Source: Antedon mediterranea
Taxonomy: Eukaryota; Animalia; Echinodermata
Direction of reading: 5' to 3'
DNA length: 64,000 nt
Assembly: GCF_964355755.1 (NCBI RefSeq)
Contig: NC_092676.1
Span: 13,968,871-14,032,870 of the forward strand
Under the pieces are notes generated by a model that saw only the letters and a list, made by a program, of their open reading frames with translations, was not told the origin of the DNA and made no database searches. Both the position numbers and the translations under genes were made by a program. Positions 1 to 11,100 of this stretch are shown in pieces. Numbering within the stretch: position 1 is the first letter of the stretch; each line of letters opens with the position of its first letter.

Positions 1-519
1 TAACAAATGCTTGGTAAATTGTAGATAACAGTGCGATGAATTCTACTACAAATAGTATAATTGTGTTATTATAAATGTGGATGGACGTTTATTAGATAGT
101 TGGGTTGGGGGGGGGGGGATTATTATTCAAAGTGATGTTTTATTGGAGAGGTGTTTATTCAAATAAATACCATCCTAATAATTAATACATTATTTAATTT
201 AAACATCTTTTGAAACTAACTTCCGTGACAGAGTGGGCCATTTCAGCCCAAGAAAGAAAACATTACGGCTTGCAACATGGGCAGACATCTCGGTCCTAAC
301 GGGACACAGATGGCCTACAGTTATTCCTGCCAGCTTACTCAATAAAACTCGGCTATCGGGATTTTACTCGATTTAAAAAAAAATGTCTTATCATCAAATC
401 TCCCTATGTAATTTTATAATACTGTTCCCCACAATATATTCCGATTCTTTATGGCGTATATTTAATTTGATCTTTATTAATTTGCAGTATAATTTTTATT
501 TTTTAACTACTGTACCTTC

Positions 520-905
520 ACACGCGCAGTCCGTTCCTAAAATAAACAAAAAACTGAAATGGCTATAGCCACTAATGGCCAACTTAAGCTCCAGTCCTAC
601 TATCGGTTTTTTTCTTCCGGTCTTCCAAAGGGACACTGTCTTGATTGATGGAAAGTGCCTGTTTCCAGTCACCTTTAGGATCAAATCTATTATTTTAACT
701 GCTCCCTTGTGTATAAAAGAGAGAAAATAGTTGAAACCAGGTTGTTGCAAGGTGAACTCATCGTGAACCCGGAAATTACTTTGACCGCGAAGAATTGAAA
801 TTGAGTTGAAAATCTACTGTTGAAATCATAAATTTTGTTAAAAAACTCTTTATAATATCTTCCTAAGATAGAAATATGGAACAATAGATAGATCAGGTAG
901 GTATC
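520..905 (+). promoter_or_regulatory. Possible RNF2 promoter / non-coding first exon
   Basis: Local CpG enrichment, ETS-like CTTCCGG (~615) and CCGGAA (~768), and a donor-like CAG|GTAGGT (~896) upstream of the first mapped exon. Confidence 0.3.
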
Positions 906-2069
906 CAAGGCAGAGATTTGTACCGAAGTTTTTCCATTGTGCTCGCCTATGTCAGAATTAATTTATATATAGATACAGCTAGGCATTTGTGCAACGGAAA
1001 AATGGCCAATGATTTATATATTTATTTTCAATGCTATTCTCATTTATTACGACCTAATTCGATAAATATGGATTCAACTTCGTCTCATATACAGTAGGCC
1101 TAAGGAAATAGTGGCCGAGCTGCGGATTTGCTAAATAGTTGCATGTACGAAACGTTCACATGTACTGTGCCTGACCGGGTAGAAGCGCTCCTAATTAGGT
1201 AATACAACCTGTCAAATATAGATCTTCATGTACCTGCCCGTTGGCAGCGTTACACATAAGAACCAAGTGTAAATGCTGTGAAGCGTGGATTTACAGTAGA
1301 CCTTTGCACTGTTCACATGTGCGAAAGTCTGCCTAGTAGATTAAAAAAAGTTGTACTGTGTACATGCACTCAACAAAGAAAAAGATGTCCAATTGTCCCT
1401 GAAAAGGTTTCCAATATTGAATGGAAATCTCATGTATTATTTCTAGTTGTCTGGAGAAAACAATACTGCTCCAATAAATAGTCCAGAATGGAGAAAAACC
1501 AATACCTTTGTACAATGGAACTAAAGTAGAAATTTCCCACGATGGTCAATAGTGGCAGTCATACTGTAGGCGCGATGTGCTCAATTATCGTGGCACAGTC
1601 ACATTGTATAGCTGGATCTTTGCCTTGTATTTATAATTTTGTAATTTTAAATCAGTCAAACTAGCCTATGTAGGGGTGAAAACATTGACACCTCATTGAT
1701 AGAGATAATAACCATACAGACTTGGGATAAATCTAATTGATAGCCACAACAATATCTTTTTTTTTTTTCTGGCCCAGGTTGCATTATTTTTTCTCAGAAA
1801 TTATGAATAATTCATGACCCTATTTATGACATTATAGAGGTCGCTATATAGAGCATGGACACATATCAAATACTTTGTTTCAACCGGTTTTTCCATGCCA
1901 AACAGTCATCCATTTTTTTAATAGTTAGAGAGATTATTTAGAGGGTTAGGTTAAGTTATATTTAGGAAGTTTTAATGTAATGCAACTAAAATATATTTAA
2001 AACAATTTTTCAGTTGTTCCATTTTATTTTGCGTATTCAACTACTACTCTGCATTATTTTACTTTTTAG

Positions 2070-2106
2070 GCAACTGGAAATGCAGTTACAACAAACAAAA
2101 CTTGGG
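2070..2106 (+). CDS. RNF2: RNF2 37-nt N-terminal exon ([13 protein letters not shown])
   Basis: tttttag|GCAACT...ACTTGGG|gtaag. The phase-1 end completes the GAA codon of the conserved KTWELSLYEL motif with the exon at 16965. Confidence 0.88.
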
Positions 2107-5100
2107 GTAAGAGAATTTATTAAAATTGCTTTTTGATGTGAAGTTAATCAAAGTAGTTCTGTGAAGATTGGTTGCAGATGTAAAAAAATTAAATTTTTGT
2201 CAAATTTCAAAAGTGATTTTTTTCTGACTGTCAAATCATATAGAATTTACCTGTAAAAACAGAATTAATGTTGATGGTACGCTATTAGTTTCCTAGCTGG
2301 TAGACAATGCATGCTTCGTTTTATGCCTACATGTAAATTTGAATTGAATCAGCCAATATCATCAATAATAGTAACTAGCAGTAACCCGTGCTCTGCATGG
2401 TCTTTTTATTTCTGCCTTATGTGGTTATATACTTTGCATGTATAATAAAAGTGCACTCTGATAAAAGTACTTTGACAAATTATCAAATAAAACAAATTGT
2501 ATCAAGAAAAAAATTTGAAACTATTTTATGGCCATTGATTTTGTTATACACTATCCCTTCACTTTAAAATATCTGTAAGCTAAAAAATGAAAGCAATACT
2601 GGATATGGAACTCATTAGACTTTACTTTTTACTGTTCAGACTTTACGAAAATAAAAGAAGCTTTAGAAACAAAAATTGTGCTGTGTGAATTAGTTAGATT
2701 ATGCGCAAGCACTAACGAAAGTATAAAATACCAAACCATATTATTTTGAGTGTTTTTCATGGTGTATTCATTATTTGATAAAAGTGGATCGAATGAAAAA
2801 CCCATTACTGTGGAAACACGAATTGTTAAGTTGTTCAACAATGTAATTGGAATCGTTTTGTTTGTGTGTGTTTTTTTTTCCGTTTACATTTTTTTTATAG
2901 TTTTAATATTTTACAATTTTTTTGGTTTGGGAGATTTAACTTTGTAATAAGTGTGGTCTAGCAATAACCTGTACTCCGCACGGTCTTGTCTGCCTTAATA
3001 ATAATTTGCATAGGATATGATTAAGTATAAAAACGCAATATTGGACTTTGTGCTATGTGAATATTAATCTAGGGTGCGCATCAAAAAGTGACGTCGGTAG
3101 ATTAAAACATTTTAATGATTAAATATAAATATGAATTAAGTTATAGAATTAATTAGAATAATAAAACACAATAAGTGCACTCACTACGGTACTCGGAATT
3201 AGATGATGCGCTTTTATATCTGATATTTTGTGGAAACACGACTTTGGAATCATTTTATTTGTGTGTGTGTGCTTTTTTTGTTGTTTTTTTTCATTTCCTT
3301 TTTTTGCTACTTTTGTTCAATTCAATTCAACGTAAACATTTATTTTCTTTCTTTCAATCAATAATAAAACAAATGAATAAGGTATTACAAAAAAAGTAAG
3401 TACGAGTTTCAAATAATACATTTCATGAATATAATATATAAACACGACAGGCAAAGAACATTAGTTCTAAACCGCCCGGTGATATACTGAAATTTCAATT
3501 AATTAATTTGAAACAATAAAGATGAGGAAATATAATATAAATATATAGCCTATATAGACTATTTTTAGTTACACACATATATAAATATACATATTTATAT
3601 ATATAAACAAATCAGGCATTAATTTAATTATTTTATTAATTTATATATATATGTACATACATACACATGTATATATATATATAAACACATCAGGCAATGA
3701 ACATTAATTCTAAACCGCCCGGTGATAATTAATTAATTTGAAACGATAAAGATGAGGAAATCTGTGAGAATGAGAAAAAGTCGCCCCAACCGAGACTCGA
3801 ACTCGGACCGCCTGCTTGATATGCAGATGTCCTAACCATTAGACCACTGGGGCTTTCATGGTATTGTTCAAACTCGATTGGATAGCGACTCTTTAACATT
3901 CTCGGCGTGGTACGGTGGAACAGCACTAGTCCTCAGTTGTACGCACGCGCACCAGAGATCAAATTGATACGCCCTCATCTTTCAGTATTTTTATTCACGA
4001 GGCCGGATCTCCGAAGAGATACTTTTATATATATAAACACATCAGGCAATGAACATTAATTCTAAACCGCCCGGTGATATACTGAAATTTAATTAATTAA
4101 TTTGAAACGATAAAGATGAGGAAATCTGTGAGAATGAGAAAAACACAGTGCTACGCAACATCATTGATTTATATATGTATATATATATATATATATAAAT
4201 CAATGATGTTGCGTAGCACTGTGTAAATTATATATAAATCATACCGCAAATCACAGAAACAGTGCCCATACTCATAAAATTAATTTATTTGTGGTTTAGT
4301 TTTTTGCTTTAATTAACCGGAGATACTTATTATTTACTCATATCGCGGATTCGAACTCAAACCTACTAAGCATAATTTCAATGGCCACAGCGTTTTACTC
4401 ACTGAGCCAAAACGTGATTTACAAAATACATTCTGTTCCAAGGATAGGTGTAATTAATTAAAACTTCAACGACGCGATCAGTTGATACGGTTGGGCGGCT
4501 GCCGAGACTAAACACCGTTTTAATTTGGCGGCTTGACATATGTTTGTAGATAAGGCCATTGCGGTACACAACGGAGAAGGTTGTGTAGTTGATACGTGAC
4601 AACTCGCGAAACGTAGTCAAATTACTGCTATTTTTGGCCTTTTTTAGTGTTTATCCTTCAAATTCAGGAAAGTGACATAGCCTATTGTGTGCGGCCCATC
4701 AATAAAAATCAGTGTGCCAAATGTGAGCACATACCATTCAGTGGTTTTGGATGAGATATTTAAAATATGCGAAAAATTTTGTAGCATTAATAATATAGAT
4801 ATTAGTCTTGAATCTATATAAATTTACGTAAGGGCAAAATTCGGTAAATCGCGCCTTACTTCTAGAATTTTTACTCGATGGTATATAAATTTGGTTCGTA
4901 CTTTCGGTGCTGATTTTAACCACCTGATGTAACCCTGTTTACTAATTAAATTGAGTTCGATAATTAGTTATTGACGATTAAAACGAATTTAGGTTCAACG
5001 ATTTGCCCCAAATAGGGGTGTTTTCCGATCGTGGTATACACTGTCTAATGGATGTCCAACTTGAAAAATACCCGCACACAATAATACGAGGACGCTTTGC

Positions 5101-8100
5101 ATTTTCCTAACTCCTCCTACGATAATTGTTTTTAATAGCTGAAAACCGGTTGAACTGCTCGAGTACAGCATCATAATGTTGAAGACAGGCTGATTTTCTT
5201 TAAAAAATACTGTTTTGATACAGTCGAGACGCAGAGTTGCGTGACCTCGAAATTATCACAATCTCGAAATTTGAATCGCCGCCATTGCTACCGGCGATCG
5301 AGAGAAAAAAGTTCTGAATTTCCGTGTAAAATTATGAGATTTTATTAACGATTTACAGGGTATTTTGTATTTATAAATAATATTTAAAGGATTTTACCTG
5401 TATAGAATTCAAAAATTCGATCATATTTAGCCTAGCCAAGTGAAAGTTTGTGGCGACCTTAGCGTAGGCTAGCGGCGACTGGCGTAGTGATGAGTAACTT
5501 TAGTCGAAAAAAATTTAATAACTCACTGAAAATCGTATGAACAGTCACGGATTTTAGGTATATGACGTAAATATATATTCCAAACATTTCTACGAAAGGA
5601 AATCGTTAAACTTTCTTGAAGAAAAAAACGGCTGGATTCGTTTGAGTGAAGCGAATGAATTCTGAAATAGCAGCCATTTTCCGACGAGAGAAATGACGTA
5701 ATGGCAATAGCCTTACAGCACCAGACGGCTTAAAATGACGTCATGGCATTAGTCGTAGGGGAACCAGACTGCTTTTAATAAAACAAGGTCCGACTGCATT
5801 ACAGTTGTGATTTAATTTTAAATTCCATTTATTATTGTTATTAATTAATAAATATTAATTTAAAATGCACAATCCATCACTGCAATCATCACACTACAAA
5901 TTCTTCAAAAACTACATAATAAAAATAAACCACAAAGAAGAATTTTTTTAATTTATACTTTATTTTATTATCATAACTGTTGTAAAATAAAAATTATCAT
6001 TAACAAACTATCCTAAAATATACAAAAATGATTCTGGTAGAGTTATAAAACATTAAAAGTGTAAGTGTAATTTTAACTGAATGAATCTCTTTGGTATTTT
6101 TTGAAGAACTGAGAAACATGTAACCTAATACAATTATGCAGCACGAATTTAAACATAAATACGATAACATTTAAAAAGACTAGATAGAAGTTAAATGCTT
6201 ATAAAATAAATAAATATATATACTGTAATTATTATGCACTATACAATATTTACACTACCATGATGAAAGCTATACGGCAATATAACTGGAACAAATACTG
6301 GTTTATAAACTTATTTAAATTAGTTTGGATTACCGTTAGTAATTTCCAATAAAATGGAAATTGAATATAAAAACAAAACAGAAACCAGCCACCTGCTGAA
6401 ATTTCTTAAATTTTTGTTTTTAAATAGCACCTATATTATTATTGAAATTAATCCTAGACAATGCAGAATGTAACGAGATGTTTTTATTTTTTTAATGGAA
6501 AGTATTGGCATAAATACTTTCAAAATTATACTGCATATAAAAATACTATTTTTATACTATTCTAAGGCAAACAAATCTAATTATTATAATATTATTAAAT
6601 AAAATCAAATATATCATATAGTTCTATAACTTATTTACATAGCACACATATTAAACTTGATATAAATTGGCGTAGTAAATGCACATGAAAGTTGGTTCAC
6701 AACAGTAAGCAGACATTCTGGCTTGATACGGTATGCTGACTAATTGAGGTGATCAAACGCTGGCATCCAAACACCTGCAAAATAAAATAAAAAGAAAATA
6801 TTACAGTATCATTGTATACTTCCTTTATAGGTTTATTTTAGTACATCTGGTGAGCTTGGTACCATCGATTTCTGGCCGAGTGTTGAACACTCTAGCTGGG
6901 CTAGCATCAGCATAATAGCCTGTGCGGGAGCCGGCTGACTGGCTCTTCTCTGACTAGCTGCTAGGCCTAGATAGTATGCTCTACAGCTGGGACTAGGCCT
7001 AGGTGCATATAATAAAAAAATTACAAATTTAGTTCCAATAGCATAGGGTAATTACTAATAGTTCAATCCGTACGAAATAACTAAATAGGAAACTTCAAAA
7101 CAGATCGCCCTAGTAGTTACAGTAGGCCGGCCCTATTTCTATATACAGACCGAAATCTCAATGTATTTTATTCCGTTTATAATTACAAATTTCCACAAAA
7201 TATAACTTCAAATAACATTATAATTGCGTGATAATCAATAAATAGTCGATCAAAACCTAATATGTCAAACCAAAGCCCCGTGATTGGTAAAGATTGATCT
7301 GCTAAAGCACAGGCGCTATCTACGATACAGCTAAGGAATACATACAAAGATGGCGGCGGCCCGAAAAAAGTGACTGCTCAACTTGCACTAAATTTTAATA
7401 GTTCTCATGAATGAACAGAGCCAAATCTTTCTCAGAATACGTATTATATGTGTATTGAACACATACTAGAATGTTATTAATTTTGGCTTGTGAAGAAAAA
7501 ATCGGCTGGTTTGTTTCAAACCAAAACAAACCAGAATCAAAACTTACCTCACGTGAGCCCTCGACAGCTACGATTTCGAAAAATGGACGCCGATTTAAAT
7601 GTCCGTCCTTTTATACGAAAAAATGTCGGCGGGAAGATTCTTTCTATATTTGGTAAGCCTTTACCATATTTGGCGAGTGAATTAGGTTCCTGATTGGTGA
7701 AATTTTACTGGATTTCTGAAGGCTCTTCCATGCAAAAATTCATCGCGGTTCGTCGCTAAGTGTAAACAATTTCTACTTCCTGGTATAAAAATAGCGCATG
7801 CGCAGGGGAAAATTAGCGATTTAACGGTCATTTGAGCACTCTGCGTCTCGACTGGATAGATTTAATTTACGTTTTTACAAATGTATTGATTTGAGATGAA
7901 TGGAACATTCCAATCTTTCAGTCTGTCAGTTTGGTTTAACACAAGTAGGTAAATTTATGAGCCCTTGGAGAATAAACTTGCAATACTTTGACAATACTGT
8001 ACTGCAAATACATATTAACCATTTTTGGTCGTCATTTGAATCGAACATTTCTTTCTGTGAATACTGTTAGATGTAAAAAAATATATACAAACATTTCTTA

Positions 8101-11100
8101 CTGTGAATACTGTTAGATGTAAAAAAATATATACAAATAAACTTTACAGTATTACTGTGATTGTGGGTAGGCTCTACTGTTAGATATATAAACACGTAAT
8201 ATACAAATAAACTTTATTACTGACAGTTGCTTCTCAACGTTTGCATTAATTAATAATTACAAAAAATATAAACGTCGTAGTGGTGTATCGTTACATGTAC
8301 TTTACTATTTCAATCGACTATGACAGTGATAGTTTTAACAAAGTATTAAATCGCAAATGTTTTACTATATTTAGTCACCGTTAGTGGTATATTATTTATA
8401 GGCCTATAAAAAATGAAAACAATATTTCGTTACTGACGTGGATAAAGAATATATTTAAAAATTGTTCCTCTTTGTACCTATCCTCTTTCCCATCCCTCAA
8501 CCCTCTAATTGGGTTTCTTAAAATTAATAAAAAATTTGGACTCATTTTGTGTTGTAAAAAAATATATACAAACATTTCTTACTGTGAATACTGTTAGATG
8601 TAAAAAGATATATACAAATAAACTTTACAGTATTACTGTGATTGTGGGTAGGCTCTACTGTTTGATATATAAACACGTAATATACAAATAAACTTTATTA
8701 CTGACAGTTGCTTCTCAACGTTTGCATTAATTAATAATTACAAAAAATATAAACGTCGTAGTGGTGTATCGTTACATGTACTTTACTATTTCAATCGACT
8801 ATGACAGTGATAGTTTTAACAAAGTATTAAATCGCAAATGTTTTACTATATTTAGTCACCGTTAGTGGTATATTATTTATAGGCCTATAAAAAATGAAAA
8901 CAATATTTCGTTACTGACGTGGATAAAGAATATATTTAAAAATTGTTCCTCTTTGTACCTATCCTCTTTCCCATCCCTCAACCCTCTAATTGGGTTTCTT
9001 AAAATGAATAAAAAATTTGGACTTATTTTGTGGCAAGTTTCTCTTTCGGAAGTAATTCCCAGGGTGCTAATTTTGGTTGACTACATAAATCATTGTGTCT
9101 ACTTAGGCGCCTTCGGTAAATTATTTCAAACGACAAGAACGCGTTCAGGCACGTTTGCTATTGTAGTACGACAAAGGTCGTGAAGACGCGTTTGGCAGAC
9201 CATTTGGGGGAACCCCGTTTGGACGCGTTTATTCACGTTTGGCATGTTGCTCCGCCCCATTGAACGTTTGACTGAGCAGCATTATTATTTGAAAACAGCT
9301 TACGGCATTTCTTAAGTGAATTTTTATTCAACGTATTCTTCCTTGATGAATCCTTTTCCCAATGCTGTGTAAATCAGTATTTAAAGATGCGAAAAGTGTG
9401 TGTAATTATTTCACAGGTAAATCAGGCATAAGAAAACTCATCGCCCAACAGGACCTCGTGGTGTGCCGATCTCAAGCGCGAGATCATCGTAAACAAAATT
9501 GGTAGTGTCCATTATGTATGGGGTATTTACTATTTTCGAACCTATTAAAAACGCACTCCGACCATTGTGTAGGCAAAATATTTATTTCGTTAAATCCCTA
9601 ATTTGATAATCGCGTATTCTGTAAACACGTGACTTACGATGTAATCCTCAGCGACGTACTAAATGCACGTGATTTAATGTGTTGGGAAAAGGCTTGCTGT
9701 TTACCACATTACATGATTCACGGTGTTATTCGTGTTCCCTTGACGTAAATCGGCGGCGTGTAAATGAAACAATTGTTTTCATCAAATTTATTAGCCGTTG
9801 TCGACATAGAGCGATCGGCGGCTAGCGTGGCTAAGCTAAAAAGTACGTATTTTTCAAAAATTACACTAGCAAACATTTGCTAGTTTGAAATTTTCAACTA
9901 GCAATTATGAAGAATCTAGGCCCCTACTAGCAAAATGCTAGTTTGCTAGCGTGAATTTCGAGCCCTGCTCTGGAGCTGATTGATTGATTGAAATATTTAT
10001 TTATACTGGGTAACCTCTTCAGTCAATGACTGGTCTCCCAGAGGGCCCAGTTGGTGATCAGTGGCTGTGATGTACTAATACACCGGGGTAACCCCCTACT
10101 CGTCTCGAAAGATGTACTAGGTTCTTTAAAGTGCACACGAGCTAGATGTGTACACTGGACCTACGGTTTATAGTCCTTATCCGAGAAGACTCGTTCTACC
10201 ACCAGAACCATGGAGTGAGTGAGCCTCGAACCCCTGCCGATGTTATAGCTAGGTAATTACGGTTCCACTGTCTTAACCGCTCGGCCACTCACTCACTGGA
10301 CCGGGCCGCTGAACTTTCTGTCATATATGGGCATGGAGTAAACTCCATGATATGGGTAAAAAAAAAATTTAAAAAAAAGAGAGGCGGCTGGCTAATCAGA
10401 CGCTTAACAAGTATGTTTTTTTATTTGGCCTAATAATAATATGAAGATACGATTAATAGTGATGCTTATAAACGATTGATTCGTGTAAACGTGATTTGGC
10501 GCCAAGTAGCTAGCGAGATAGAAGGTAATGCAAAGCGACAATTTGCTGTCACTCGCTCGCGATCATCTAGGCCTAGCTAAATTGCGGTTATTTTTGCAAT
10601 TTGTGAACTGCCGATCGGTTATATAATCATTGCGCTACAAATACAGCACTGTACATTTTATTTCTCTTTAAAATCTACGAAAACCGTTTGTTTCTGCTTC
10701 ACCATATTATTAATATTAGACGTTGTTTTGGCTTCACCGTATACGGCCTGTCCCCGATTATACCATGATGTTTGCCGCGAAAGGGGGTTCCCCGATTAGT
10801 TTGCAAGAGTTCGAGATAATAGAAAACGCGACTCTGTGTCTGTGACACAAACGTGTTCGAACGTCGATGTTTTGTTTGAACTGGCAAGACAAAGAGTTTG
10901 CGTGACACAAACGCGCTACAACGCTCTGGCTCCGTTTGGAAAGGCGTGTCGGGAACGTGGTCCTCTTCATGAATATTCAATTAGATGCACTAATTAGAAC
11001 GGTTGATTGTCAAACACGTTTCAACGACGGTCAAAATCGAAACGCGTTCTTGTCGTTTGAAATAATTTACCGAAGGCGCCTTATTCGTTTCTGTAAATGA

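Larger units (their letters stand above)
2373..4800. mobile_element. Helentron/Helitron2-type non-autonomous element remnants (two related starts)
   Basis: ACTAGCAGTAACCCGTGCTCTGCATGG (2374) and TCTAGCAATAACCTGTACTCCGCACGG (2957) are related starts with a subterminal hairpin; end-like ...TTAATAATATAGAT at ~4800. Confidence 0.4.
9106..11080. mobile_element. Non-autonomous PIF/Harbinger-type DNA transposon with nested insertions
   Basis: Perfect 40-bp TIR GGCGCCTTCGGTAAATTATTTCAAACGACAAGAACGCGTT (9106-9145 / 11041-11080) with TTA on both flanks. Confidence 0.88.

Noticed and set aside
4335-4410. Third tRNA gene on the minus strand
   Set aside because: Box A- and box B-like words are present but no cloverleaf can be folded; decayed SINE-like head at most.
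7350-7375. ATGGCGGCGGCC as RNF2 start codon
   Set aside because: Stop after six codons, lies inside a transposon and downstream of the 2070 exon; better read as a YY1-like motif.
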